In this document: one piece after another, positions 1 through 9,791 of the stretch
Numbering within the stretch: the first letter of the stretch is position 1
Layout of the letters: every line of letters begins with the position of its first letter
Assembly (NCBI GenBank): GCA_963762255.1
Contig: CAVXKA010000001.1
Location: 128,001-192,000 of the forward strand
Length of the DNA stretch: 64,000 nt
Direction: 5' to 3'
DNA from: Candidatus Eiseniibacteriota bacterium
GTDB lineage: Bacteria > Eisenbacteria > RBG-16-71-46 > JABDJR01
The notes under the pieces: model-generated
What the model saw: the letters and a program-made list of their open reading frames with translations, nothing else
What the model was told of the DNA's origin: nothing
Databases searched by the model: none
Made by a program: the position numbers and the translations under genes

Positions 1-1052
1 CCCTCAAGCTCCTCCACGACAGGATGGGGGGAGCCCGTGCCCTCTATCTTGGGATCCTCGGCCTCAAGCGCGCGGAGATCACCCAGCGGCTCGGCCACGT
101 CATCCACGACCACTACGCCGCCCCGCTGTCCCGCGTGAACCTGATCGAGTTCGTGCGGGACAAGGCCAACAAGGGCGAGGTAGAGGAAGGCCTCGACACG
201 AAGCTGGAGAGCTTGTTCGAGATGTGCCAGCCGTTCTGGCATGCTCAACCGTTGATGGCCGGTATGTCATTCCCCGAGTTCGTGGCCGCCAGTGTCCATC
301 CGGTGCTCAAGGAGGACAACTCCCTCGCCTGGCCGCCGGAGATGGATAAGTGGATCAAGAAGCACGGCGGCGATCAGGGGCGAAAGTTCAGCCTCATCCC
401 AAGCGACGTTCCCTACGAGATCGTGCTCAGCCGCCGCACCCACGGCGCCCGGGCGTTCTATCTTGCCCAGGCGGCGGATTGGAAGAAACTCCATGAGCGG
501 CAGCGGGAGACGGCACGCGGCAAGTACCCGCTGGAGATCGGGGCCCAGTTCAAGGACGCCCCCGATCTGTTTCCCGACGACCAGGGGCTGCGATGGATGT
601 TCACGCTCGGGATCGCGTTTGGGTTCATCGTGGTGAGGGGAGACTATTACTACTTCAATCTGGAAGAAGGCGCCGACGGCTCGCTCATCGCGCTGTACGA
701 GGCGCGAGGGCAGGTGCTCGACACGCTGGAGGGAGTGGGGCCACTCCCCGCCAAGGTGGGCGTACTCAACTATCGCCGGGGCAAGGGAAGGCCGAAGGCT
801 AGCCTGCTGCTCGGGCAGGGCCGGGAGAAGGCATTCAAGGGATTCGTCAAGGACGAGCACTTCCAGGATCTTCTCAACCGGGCCTGGAGGGAGTACCACC
901 AGGACGCGGGCACGGCCGCGGTCAAGGCTATGCTCACCGAATACGTGGCGCGGGTGCTCACCCCGGAATCGGAAGGGAATACTCCGCTGGCGGTGCTGAT
1001 CACGAAGGAGAAGCAGGCACTGGAGCGCTCCCTGCTTGCGCTCGGCGCCTGA
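1..1052 (+). CDS. C-terminal part of a large protein, probably tubulin-like domain (Tubulin_2 type) family; 5' truncated by window edge
   Basis: The frame is open from position 3 to the stop at 1052 with GC3-rich codons. Segments 'LFEMCQPFW' and 'PYEIVLSRRTHGARAFYL' resemble C-terminal regions of bacterial tubulin-like proteins (from memory). The GTPase domain itself is not in the window. Confidence 0.45.
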   Translation, partial: LKLLHDRMGGARALYLGILGLKRAEITQRLGHVIHDHYAAPLSRVNLIEFVRDKANKGEVEEGLDTKLESLFEMCQPFWHAQPLMAGMSFPEFVAASVHPVLKEDNSLAWPPEMDKWIKKHGGDQGRKFSLIPSDVPYEIVLSRRTHGARAFYLAQAADWKKLHERQRETARGKYPLEIGAQFKDAPDLFPDDQGLRWMFTLGIAFGFIVVRGDYYYFNLEEGADGSLIALYEARGQVLDTLEGVGPLPAKVGVLNYRRGKGRPKASLLLGQGREKAFKGFVKDEHFQDLLNRAWREYHQDAGTAAVKAMLTEYVARVLTPESEGNTPLAVLITKEKQALERSLLALGA

Positions 1053-1063
1053 GCTGAGTCGGC

Positions 1064-3163
1064 ATGGAAACCTACCCCGGCGCGGATACCCCTTCGGTCA
1101 CCTTGAGCGTGCTCGCGGGCGTGGGGGCCCGCGGCGAGCGGATCACTCACTTGCTCGAGGATCTTGTCGCTTCGCTCCCTGAGCCGCTGAAGGCGGCCAT
1201 CCGGGTCGTCCACGGCGCGGACGCCGCAGCGCTGCTGCAGCAGGTGCGAGCGGCGCGCGCGTCCCTTACCGATCAGGTGAACACCGAGCGCATCCTCGCC
1301 GGGAAGTGGCAGGTGGAGGGACGCGATACCGGCGGGGTGCGCGTCCAGCTCTGCATCGCCGCCGCCGAAGGAGAGGACGCGGGGCTCGATCAGACGGTTC
1401 GCACTCTGCAGAACGACAACGGCTCCGACACAATCCGCACGATCACAATCGCGACGAATCCGGTGGACGTCACGCCGGCGGGCGAGGCGAGAGGCGTGCG
1501 CCGCTACTTCGTCGGCCCGCGCAACGCCGCCGGTGAGACAACCGGGGATGATGCGATCATCGGAAGTGTCGCGGGAGCGCTGCTGCTGTTCGCGTTGCCT
1601 GGATCACGACCCGGGCCGGACCCCACCGAGGACCGCGCGGCCACGTTCGGCCTCTCCGCTTTTCATGGGGTGATCGGAGCCTCCCGCCGCCAGCTTGCGC
1701 GCCATCTGGCCGCCGCCCTACTCGCGATCCACGGTCGCCCCGCCTCGGAAGTGGACCAGCAGCGGTTTCAGGGGCAGGACCTTGCGGAGTTCGTGCAAGA
1801 TCATTCGCTGGAGACCTTGCTGCCGCGGCTCTTCGATCCTCGGCTGTTCGACACAGGCCGCACGGAGCCGATCCCGGCGGTGCCCCAGATCGACGACAAC
1901 CGCTTAGTGGAAATCACCCTCGATCGTGGGGCGGTGGCGCTCAAGCTCGCGCCGGGAGAGGAGACGCTCTGGTCCGAGCAGCTCGTGCGGTACTCGCGCA
2001 CGCTGGAAATGACGGTGGCGGTGCGGTGGCGGCGCCAGATGGAGTCTGCGTTCCGCAACCTCGCGAGGACGGTGCCGGACGCGTTGGTTGAGCGCGTCAG
2101 GACGTACGTTGCGCGGACGGTGAACGGCCACGCCCTCATGCGAGACGCCCTCGAGCGCGTCCGAACCGATCACGAGCACGAATTGCTGTCCTTGCCCGAT
2201 CCATCCGCCCGGCTGGAGCCGGCGTTGCGCGAACTGGACCACGCTGTGGCCGCGCGCCCAGGGGCGCTCGACCTGTGGCTGCGGACCGCGCTGTGGGTGC
2301 TGCCGGCGGCGGGAGCGGCGGCACTCGTCCTGACCCGGTTAATGGATGATGACCGGGAGAAATGGTTCGCTCTGGGGGTGGCGGTACTCGTGGCGGCGGC
2401 AGGTGTACTTGGAGTCGTCCAGCGGCTGGACGCGGCACGCCAGCGCATCCTCAAGAGCCGCGACCGCGCGGTGGCCATCATCCTCGACCGTCAGGAGGCG
2501 ATTCTCTCGCAGAATGCGGTCGGGTACGTGCAGGACTTGGTCGCCCTCCTGCGTCGCGGTCGGGAGAGTGCCCTGGAGTTCCTCGCCAAGGACGAGGAGG
2601 CGATCACGGTGGCGCGCAGGACTCTAGATGAGGCGCTGGCCCGCCCGGTAGAGGGGCCGGTGACTTTCGAGCCTGTCCTTCGCACTCGCAAGGAGTATGA
2701 GGAGGCGCACCGCCTGCTGAACGCGAACACAGATCAGTTGCTGGAGGGGCTTGGAGGAGAGGATGGACTCTCCCCGCAAGCGGTGCAGATCGCACACAAC
2801 ATGGCGCTGCCGGAGTGGCTGACGACATGGTGCGACGCGCGAATCGTCGAGGGCAGGGCTGTCCGCCCAATCCCGTTCTCGTCGGCCTGGGAGATCCGCT
2901 TGAAGGGTCGCCCCGAGGGCAACGTGCACGACGAGCTCGCCGCCTTGCAGCGGCGGGCGGAGCCACTGGGAAGCGTGGAGATGTCCTGCAAGCAGATGGC
3001 GATGCGGGTGGTTCCTGCGGGCGTACCGACGGAGGGGATGGAACCGGCCACTGAAGAGGTGGGCGGATTGCAGGAAGTGGTCGAGGTGCCATCCCCGCAC
3101 GCACTCCCCCTCTTTGTCTGCTGGAAAGGCGCGCTCCTGCGCCCGCATGAGGGGACGCGATGA
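1064..3163 (+). CDS. Hypothetical membrane protein with a degenerate tubulin/Rossmann-like N-terminus, helical core and two TM helices
   Basis: 699-aa ORF with N-terminal 'VLAGVGARGERI' and hydrophobic pair 'ALWVLPAAGAAALVL' / 'WFALGVAVLVAAAGVLGVV'. It lies 11 bp after the upstream gene and has an ATGA overlap with the next. Confidence 0.6.
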   Translation: METYPGADTPSVTLSVLAGVGARGERITHLLEDLVASLPEPLKAAIRVVHGADAAALLQQVRAARASLTDQVNTERILAGKWQVEGRDTGGVRVQLCIAAAEGEDAGLDQTVRTLQNDNGSDTIRTITIATNPVDVTPAGEARGVRRYFVGPRNAAGETTGDDAIIGSVAGALLLFALPGSRPGPDPTEDRAATFGLSAFHGVIGASRRQLARHLAAALLAIHGRPASEVDQQRFQGQDLAEFVQDHSLETLLPRLFDPRLFDTGRTEPIPAVPQIDDNRLVEITLDRGAVALKLAPGEETLWSEQLVRYSRTLEMTVAVRWRRQMESAFRNLARTVPDALVERVRTYVARTVNGHALMRDALERVRTDHEHELLSLPDPSARLEPALRELDHAVAARPGALDLWLRTALWVLPAAGAAALVLTRLMDDDREKWFALGVAVLVAAAGVLGVVQRLDAARQRILKSRDRAVAIILDRQEAILSQNAVGYVQDLVALLRRGRESALEFLAKDEEAITVARRTLDEALARPVEGPVTFEPVLRTRKEYEEAHRLLNANTDQLLEGLGGEDGLSPQAVQIAHNMALPEWLTTWCDARIVEGRAVRPIPFSSAWEIRLKGRPEGNVHDELAALQRRAEPLGSVEMSCKQMAMRVVPAGVPTEGMEPATEEVGGLQEVVEVPSPHALPLFVCWKGALLRPHEGTR

Positions 3164-4356
3164 ACCCGCGCCGCCTGAACGCCCGCACGCTGAGTTCGCT
3201 GCTGTGGATGGTACTCGTTCTCGTCCCGCCGCTGCGCGCCGGGGTGGAGCGGGTGGCGCAGGCGTTATGGCCGGACGGCGGGATCTTCGCCCGGCTGGCT
3301 TCGGGGAGCCCGCGATGGGTGCCGTTCCTCGCTCTGGTGGCGATGGGTTACGCCGCCGTGTGGGCGCTCCTCAAGTTCGTGGTCCTCCCCTACATCCAGG
3401 AGGTCGATCGGGATCCCGCAGCGCCGCCGGGGCCGGGGCAGGGATTCTTCATTCCCACCGGCCGGCCAGACGGGGCATCCGTGCTCGCGCTATTGGTCAC
3501 AGCGATGTGGCTGGTGTTCCTGGCAGCGCTCACGGTGGTGACGCTGCCGTGGGTTGTGGGTGCGGTGCTCATTGTGGTCGGCGTGGTGAGGCAGGGGTAT
3601 CTCCCGAGACCCCGGCCGGAACCCTCGCCGGTGCCTGTGCCTCCGTCGCCGTTGCCTGCACCCCCGTCACCGCCGCGCAGTACCGAGGAAGAGGATGCCG
3701 TCAACTACTATCGGACCTATCAGTGGTGGTTCGATGAGACCCCGTACCTGCGCTCCTCGAATCCCACAAAACAGGAGATGCGACTAGCAATTCCAAAGGC
3801 CAAGTATCAGGAGTTCAAGGCCCGCTCCCATGCGGTCTCCGCACCGGGGGACATCGTCGCGTTCGCGAACGCAGACCTGGATGGGGACTGGGTTCGGGAG
3901 ACCGCGGCCAAGCTAAGAAGCATTACCGGGGCCAGCGAATTGGATGAGCTCGGTGAGATTCACCTTGCGATGGCCTTCACGCTCAGCATGGCCTACGCAG
4001 ACGACACGGTCGAACATGGAGGCGAGTACCCCAAGTTCCCCATCGAATCCCTGGTGGACAAGCGGGGCGACTGCGAGGACCACGCGATCCTGTGCGGGGC
4101 GGTTCTCCATGTACTCGGGCATCGGACGTCGCTTGTCTTGATGGAGGTGGATACCGGCGGCGGCCATGCAGCGCTCGCGGTGAAAGCGGATGTTCCGATA
4201 GGAGGCAAGTTCTTCGATGCCGCCGGCGAGAGGCTCTACTACTGTGAAGTGACGCCGGCGAGCGTAACCACCGAGACATCGCCGAGCGTTCAGTGGTGGT
4301 TGGGGATGGAGCCGCCGGCTGGGGCGCGGGGGTTCAGACTCTTTCCGATCGGGTAG
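3160..4356 (+). CDS. Membrane protein with Pro-rich linker and C-terminal transglutaminase-like (papain-fold) cysteine domain
   Basis: Several N-terminal TM segments, linker 'PEPSPVPVPPSPLPAPPSPP', and catalytic-type motifs 'RGDCEDHAIL', 'GHAALAV', 'YYCEVT'. Confidence 0.75.
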   Translation: MNPRRLNARTLSSLLWMVLVLVPPLRAGVERVAQALWPDGGIFARLASGSPRWVPFLALVAMGYAAVWALLKFVVLPYIQEVDRDPAAPPGPGQGFFIPTGRPDGASVLALLVTAMWLVFLAALTVVTLPWVVGAVLIVVGVVRQGYLPRPRPEPSPVPVPPSPLPAPPSPPRSTEEEDAVNYYRTYQWWFDETPYLRSSNPTKQEMRLAIPKAKYQEFKARSHAVSAPGDIVAFANADLDGDWVRETAAKLRSITGASELDELGEIHLAMAFTLSMAYADDTVEHGGEYPKFPIESLVDKRGDCEDHAILCGAVLHVLGHRTSLVLMEVDTGGGHAALAVKADVPIGGKFFDAAGERLYYCEVTPASVTTETSPSVQWWLGMEPPAGARGFRLFPIG

Positions 4357-4389
4357 CCGGCCATCAGCTTCGCTGCCTATCCCCAATCA

Positions 4390-5316
4390 TCACACAGGTG
4401 GAATCTGCGGCCTCTCGTAGGCGATATCGTAGACAAGAGCGGCCGGTTCCTTCCCGGCCGGGGCCGGAAGTGTTGTGATGTACTGGAACTTGACACCGTT
4501 GGTCAATGTGACGGCGGCAGCGGCTATGCTCGCGGTCTTGAGACCACCCGTGACGTTGATCAAGATACCGGAATCATGAGTGCCATACTTTGAACGTTCG
4601 TGCTGAATCAGATCCTCGATCGCGCTCTTCACCTCCCCAAACAGTTCGAACTCGACCGCGCGTGTGGCTTTGATGAGCTCGACCCCCGGAAGAAATCGCC
4701 CGAGCAGCTTCACGCAGAGATCCAATTCGCCCCAAGATCCCGGATCCCCACCAAGACGATCGGCTGACCCCACGAGGTAGATTCGCCGGACGACTCCCTG
4801 GTGATGACTGACGGCTCTCAGAAGCTGGAGCCAGTTCCATCTCTTGTCGGCAGATTCCAGAGCAACCCTGGGGATTGACGCATCCAGCGAACGGAATTCC
4901 AGCGGGATGCGGCGCGATCCATCGATGAGGAGTTCTCCGTCGCCGCTCTCCGGCACATCCTTGAGCAAGAGAGGCTTCTGCGGGGACACCAGGAGGATAA
5001 GCACCTTGTGGGGCCATACGTGAAGCGGGGACAGACTCTTCGGCAGCACAAAGGAACTCCGCATCAGGTACAGCATCACAATGAATGCAAGAAACACCAG
5101 GCAGAGCGCGATAGCTAGCAGTACGCGCACCGCGGGGCTGTCCAGGAATGGCCACCATGTGGCGAAGGGGATGTTCCCAATGGCATTTGCTGCCAAGCTT
5201 CCCGAGAGGACGACGCCCACGGCGAGCAGAATCGCCCTCTTGGGGATTACCCTCAATTCGCGGAATCTGGCCCCTACTTCCATGCTGGTTTTCCCCCGAC
5301 CGGATCCTACCAACAC
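4390..5316 (-). CDS. Cam1-like 2TM-CARF membrane effector of type III CRISPR
   Basis: Two N-terminal TM helices, then CARF motifs 'KVLILLVS' and 'INVTGGLKTASIAAA...FQYI'; no nuclease domain. Last gene of the Cas10 operon. The start may be the ATG at 5283. Confidence 0.75.
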   Translation of the reverse strand: MLVGSGRGKTSMEVGARFRELRVIPKRAILLAVGVVLSGSLAANAIGNIPFATWWPFLDSPAVRVLLAIALCLVFLAFIVMLYLMRSSFVLPKSLSPLHVWPHKVLILLVSPQKPLLLKDVPESGDGELLIDGSRRIPLEFRSLDASIPRVALESADKRWNWLQLLRAVSHHQGVVRRIYLVGSADRLGGDPGSWGELDLCVKLLGRFLPGVELIKATRAVEFELFGEVKSAIEDLIQHERSKYGTHDSGILINVTGGLKTASIAAAAVTLTNGVKFQYITTLPAPAGKEPAALVYDIAYERPQIPPV

Positions 5317-5446
5317 TCCTCCACGAGCGGTAATTCTGTCACGACCTTACGGGCATTCAGGCTTTCATCTTCGCGGTGCCGCGACTGCGACACATCTATG
5401 GCGGGAGCGAGATCATCACCTCACTCACGTCCGGTCTCGAGTGCCC

Positions 5447-7858
5447 TTAGCCGTGCCAGGAAATCGGCCGCCTCTCTTGCGCTCCGGTCGACCCCACCGA
5501 ACGTCCCTGTCTCTTCTGGGCTACCCGGCGAAGCAGGGCGTCCCGATCACGCGCCCATTTCTTCAGGGCCTTGGAGTCGGATTCCTGCGGCTTCCGTGCC
5601 TCGTGGCCCGCAAGCTCTGCTTCGGCCGCAGTGACCTCGGAACCGCCACTCTTGGCCGCCCTTGTCTCGAGCAGTTTGACCGGCTCCGGGAAGAGGGCCA
5701 GCACGGCGCTCGCCCATTCCTTGGGCCTGGAAGCCATGGACGGAGGGACCTCCCGACAGTTGCGAAGAAGGTAGTTGGCCTGTTCTGCAACCGGCCGATC
5801 GAGAACGGCCCCGAGAATCCCCCTGACGATGTCGAGTGGATCCTGTGGAGGAGGTGGGGGCGGTGGCGGCGGCGGTGACCCACCTCGGGCTTGCGGACCT
5901 GTCCCCACACCAGATACGGGCCGCGAGACCAGCGGCCCCCCGGGCCTTGAGGGTGCCCCTGCAGCGCGGATCCTGCGACCGGGCATCCGGGTGATGTATC
6001 GAGGAAGCACCGCAAGGTCCCTCTTGGCTTCCGTGAATTCCTTATGTTGCAACACCATGTACGTGAGGCGATCCGCAACCGCGTTCGAGGGGTCGGCCAT
6101 GCCAAGAAGTTGGACGAGTTGCTCCGACTCCGCCCAGCCTGGCACGCGATTCTCCATGTATGCCTCAAAACCCTTGCGAGCGTCCTGTAGAGATATTGAC
6201 TTTCCGTCCGCAAGTCGGACCAACCTACATCCTTGCTCGTGCAGCTTCACTGCGCCGAAGCCGAACGGCTTGGCCAACCCTAGCGCATGACAACAGGCTT
6301 CACGGCCACCGAAATCCAGCGCCCAAGCTAGCGCGCCGAACTCGACCTCTCTCAAGTTGTGGACACGGATGCGGCCCCGGAACCGCGTCCCTGCCGGCAG
6401 TGCTCTCCACTGAGTCGCCACGCTGGCATTGCCCTGGACGGGAGACTCATTGCTAGGCCTCACGGGATAGCGCTTCCAGCCGCGCAAACGGACGTTTTCA
6501 TCCATGAGCGTGGCGTAGCCTCTATCCTTCCGGACCTTCGGGTTCTCCCCCCCCGCCTGGGGATCTAACCGGTCGGATTGCTCGATGTAGGCCGGATAAA
6601 ATGTCGGTTTGGGGCCGTTCAGGATCGCCCCGCTGTCCCGCAACTGGTACTGACCCTCGGCGGCAGTGAACAACCCGATGTGGACCCGCCCCCGTGCCGA
6701 CATGGCCCCCGCGGCATGGGACCGCGAGTAGCCGAAGATTGCGTCCGCCAAGTCCATCACCGGGCTTCCTGCTTCAGGAGACCCCGTGGCCGGATCAGGA
6801 TTGTGCAATAGGCAGGAGTTGTCGATCGCATCACCGAGAGTGTGTCGGTAAGCAAGACGGAACATCTGGGTGAGCCCGATGCAATCAATCACCCTCGGAT
6901 CTCGCTCTGACCTCAGGAAGAAGATCGGAACCCTGTCACCACCTTCCAGGCGGGCCCTCCAGAACCCCCACTCGTCGTTGGGCCGCGCCTCGCCTCCATG
7001 ACGTTCACCTTGCTCCAGACTATGATTGAGTTCAAAATCGTGCCGCACCCGATCATCGATAGCCACGGCGGCACCCTTGGATCCATAGAACACGAACTCC
7101 CTGTGCTTCCCCTTGTTCTCTCCCCCGGGGAGGAGCCGCGCGTTTGGACTCGGTTGTCCAGTGAATACCAGGGTTCCATCGACATCGCCCGCTCGAAGGT
7201 CGGCAAGGCTGAAGCGGAGATGCCCCCGGCCGTTGCTCATCCGGTGGTCGATCACTGCGCCGGGACAAAACTGGATTTCCAGGGGTTGCCCGCTCTGCGC
7301 CCAGGCGCCGTACTTGTCTTGGAGTGACGACCGATTGATGAAGCACCTGCGGAGGGCCGCGGCATCCTCGCCCAGATACCCGAGCAGGTCGGCCTGCTCG
7401 ACGCGACTCACCTCGCACGGTTGAATGAACCAATCCCCATTACGTTCCTGGAGCCACCCGGGCTCTGCCCGTGGCTCATAGACTTCATTACCCACGGTCT
7501 TCGTCATGCGCGAGATGTAGAGTTGCCTGTTCTGCAGATCCCGCACGGCGTAGCGGCGGGAACGATCCACGAACTGGAACTTGCTGAACGTAATGATTTC
7601 AAGCACGTTCCGAAGCATCCCCTTGACCGAACTCCCCGGAATGGCGTACCTGCCATCTGGAGTTCTGAAGGGCGTGACGCGATCCCCTTCCCGCCCTCCG
7701 CCAACACAAATGGCCGTGGTCGCCTCCAGATCGATCTCGATCTCGCCGCAGATTCCGTCGGAGAAGGGAACGTCCTGGCTGATCAGGGGTGCCCATTCCG
7801 GGGTTACGACAACCTCGTTGAGAGGCACGAAGTTGTAGGGAGCGTGAACCTGACTCAT
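5447..7858 (-). CDS. cas7: Type III-D Cas7 with large insertion (TIGR03986-type RAMP) plus C-terminal extension
   Basis: Starts 'MSQVHAPYNFVPL'; has 'IPGSSVKGMLRNVLE', 'LRGWKRYP' and G-rich loop 'LGLAKPFGFG'. The ATG at 7858 overlaps the csx19 stop. Confidence 0.9.
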   Translation of the reverse strand: MSQVHAPYNFVPLNEVVVTPEWAPLISQDVPFSDGICGEIEIDLEATTAICVGGGREGDRVTPFRTPDGRYAIPGSSVKGMLRNVLEIITFSKFQFVDRSRRYAVRDLQNRQLYISRMTKTVGNEVYEPRAEPGWLQERNGDWFIQPCEVSRVEQADLLGYLGEDAAALRRCFINRSSLQDKYGAWAQSGQPLEIQFCPGAVIDHRMSNGRGHLRFSLADLRAGDVDGTLVFTGQPSPNARLLPGGENKGKHREFVFYGSKGAAVAIDDRVRHDFELNHSLEQGERHGGEARPNDEWGFWRARLEGGDRVPIFFLRSERDPRVIDCIGLTQMFRLAYRHTLGDAIDNSCLLHNPDPATGSPEAGSPVMDLADAIFGYSRSHAAGAMSARGRVHIGLFTAAEGQYQLRDSGAILNGPKPTFYPAYIEQSDRLDPQAGGENPKVRKDRGYATLMDENVRLRGWKRYPVRPSNESPVQGNASVATQWRALPAGTRFRGRIRVHNLREVEFGALAWALDFGGREACCHALGLAKPFGFGAVKLHEQGCRLVRLADGKSISLQDARKGFEAYMENRVPGWAESEQLVQLLGMADPSNAVADRLTYMVLQHKEFTEAKRDLAVLPRYITRMPGRRIRAAGAPSRPGGPLVSRPVSGVGTGPQARGGSPPPPPPPPPPQDPLDIVRGILGAVLDRPVAEQANYLLRNCREVPPSMASRPKEWASAVLALFPEPVKLLETRAAKSGGSEVTAAEAELAGHEARKPQESDSKALKKWARDRDALLRRVAQKRQGRSVGSTGAQERRPISWHG

Positions 7859-8250
7859 CGCGACTCTCCCGCGTTGACAAAACCGGCGAAACGGGCGACA
7901 GCAGGCCACAGCACCGTGCGACCTGGTGGGTCCTGCTGTGGCAGCCAACCCACTTCGTACTTGGCTTTCACCTGTGGCTCGCCCTGAACGAACATCTCGC
8001 GGAATGTCCCGATGGAGACTGGGTCCTCGGAACGCGCTAGCCGCCGCAGGATCCACTGGAAGCCACCAAGATGACGAAGATGGAGGGAACTCCCGTCGCT
8101 GCAGAGCCATTCCCCTGCCAGTGGGGTTCCAGCGCGCCTACTGATGACTGTCGGGGTCCTCATTGTCACCAACTCATCCGAGACGCATAGCCACCCGACC
8201 ACGGCGGGGAGTTTCTCCAGTTTCTTCCATACATCATCGACGGTCGCCAA
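7855..8250 (-). CDS. csx19: Csx19 (type III-D signature protein); true start uncertain
   Basis: Lies between double Cas7 and Cas7-insertion; C-terminal 'YEVGW...ARFAGF' motif. May begin at the ATG at 8338 across a G10 run. Confidence 0.75.
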   Translation of the reverse strand: MATVDDVWKKLEKLPAVVGWLCVSDELVTMRTPTVISRRAGTPLAGEWLCSDGSSLHLRHLGGFQWILRRLARSEDPVSIGTFREMFVQGEPQVKAKYEVGWLPQQDPPGRTVLWPAVARFAGFVNAGESR

Positions 8251-8327
8251 TCTCTCGACTCCGGTTTCGTCGATGCGAAAGCGAGCGCCCCCCCCCCGCC
8301 AGTATCAGCACCTGACCAACCTGCGCC

Positions 8328-9791
8328 TCACTTAGCATTGCCGTCTGCCCCCATTGAACTCCGCCAGAGCGCCTCGAAAGAGGACGACCCGACAAGATGG
8401 AATACCCCGTGTCCCCGACCATACCCGGCTCCGATCTGGACCCTGCCTTCGCAGAGATCTCGGAGTGCCTCGCGAAAGGCGTCTCGGGCAATCGAGTCGA
8501 CCCTGTCGAGATCCTCGACAAGGAGTCGAAGGACCACCTGCGGTCCCTTGAAGAGCACGCGTTCCGAGAACAGGACGCCGGCCCGCGCTCCGCCAGTGAA
8601 GCGGTCGATGCTCACGTGGTCGAGCCGTGCCGTTGGACGCGGACCATCCATATCCAGCCACGCATCGTCAATAAAGACTTTGCCAGCACAGCCCTCTCCG
8701 GCCCCCTCGTCTGCCTGTCCGTGCAGAGTCCCGAAGAGAGCCTGGACCGAAGGGTTCCTGCTCCCCGTCCATTGCTCCAGGTCCTGCACGCTCTCTGCCT
8801 GATCGGCGTACCGTCCGCGCAAGCGGTTGTCGTGGAAGGCCACCCGGTGCGCCAGGGCCCCCTTGACCGACGACCCTGGAATGAACATCGCCTGCTCACA
8901 CACCACGGCGATGTCGGCGTCCCAGCGGATCCGCTCCTCCCGGACCGGGTTGAAGTCCGGGCTCCTTTCGTCCTCGTGTTCGACCCAAGGCTCGGTTCCG
9001 TTGAAGCCCCAGAACCCTTCTGCCTCAAGCGACAGAGCCAGTGCCCGAAGGGCCGCTGGGGGTGGGCCCAGGGACAATTCCAGTGGCTCAAGGTAGCGGG
9101 CTTCGACATCCAGTCTGGCGCTGTGGCCCATGTACGCGTTTGGAGCATGGCCCGAGGCATGGTCAAACTTGCCGTATAGGCACTTCACGACCGCAAAGCT
9201 ACCCAACCCTCTTCGGCCGGCGCCTCCCACACGCATCCACCCCCCAGCGAGATGCCGCAAGATCCACAGAAAATCCGACTCGTCTTCGGGTCGGTCATCA
9301 CCGGCTTCCAGATGAAGCTCAAAGGTGAACCGGTGGCCCGCAGGCACGAGAGCCTGATCGAACTTTCCCCTACTGTCCGCGGCACCCCGGTGCGAGATTC
9401 GGACATGATCCCGAACGGTCATCCCCATGGCGTTAGCGAGGACAGGATCAGCGTTCCACACTCCAACCCGCAAGCCATCAACAGGGCGGTTTCTGGAATC
9501 GTGGATATGTGCCCAGGTGACCCACAGCCTGGAACCCTCCCCCAGCCCGTTCTCTGCATCATCTGATCCGCCGAACAACTGGGTGGTCCTGGCGGACCCA
9601 TGCTCACGCTCAAAGGCATGACGGATCATGCCAGTCAGGGATGTGCCCGGTATCACTGGCAGGTCGTTAGCATCGAGCACTGGGCCAGTGTCGGCGAGGA
9701 GCAGTCGCCCTGAGGATCCTACGAGAAACGGCGTCCGGAACTCGATGGTCACTCGGGCTATTCGACGGAACAGGATGGTCCCTGTGCTCAT
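8328..9791 (-). CDS. cas7: Double RAMP Cas7-Cas7 (Csm3-like) protein
   Basis: Two RAMP units: 'IPGTSLTGMIRH...VGGAGRRGLG' and 'IPGSSVKGALAHR...IGAGYGRGHG'. Confidence 0.88.
   Translation of the reverse strand: MSTGTILFRRIARVTIEFRTPFLVGSSGRLLLADTGPVLDANDLPVIPGTSLTGMIRHAFEREHGSARTTQLFGGSDDAENGLGEGSRLWVTWAHIHDSRNRPVDGLRVGVWNADPVLANAMGMTVRDHVRISHRGAADSRGKFDQALVPAGHRFTFELHLEAGDDRPEDESDFLWILRHLAGGWMRVGGAGRRGLGSFAVVKCLYGKFDHASGHAPNAYMGHSARLDVEARYLEPLELSLGPPPAALRALALSLEAEGFWGFNGTEPWVEHEDERSPDFNPVREERIRWDADIAVVCEQAMFIPGSSVKGALAHRVAFHDNRLRGRYADQAESVQDLEQWTGSRNPSVQALFGTLHGQADEGAGEGCAGKVFIDDAWLDMDGPRPTARLDHVSIDRFTGGARAGVLFSERVLFKGPQVVLRLLVEDLDRVDSIARDAFREALRDLCEGRVQIGAGYGRGHGVFHLVGSSSFEALWRSSMGADGNAK

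Noticed and set aside
7859-8110. N-terminal 84 aa of the 887-aa ORF
   Set aside because: It overlaps csx19 in another frame; the family-typical start is MSQVHAPYNF at 7858.
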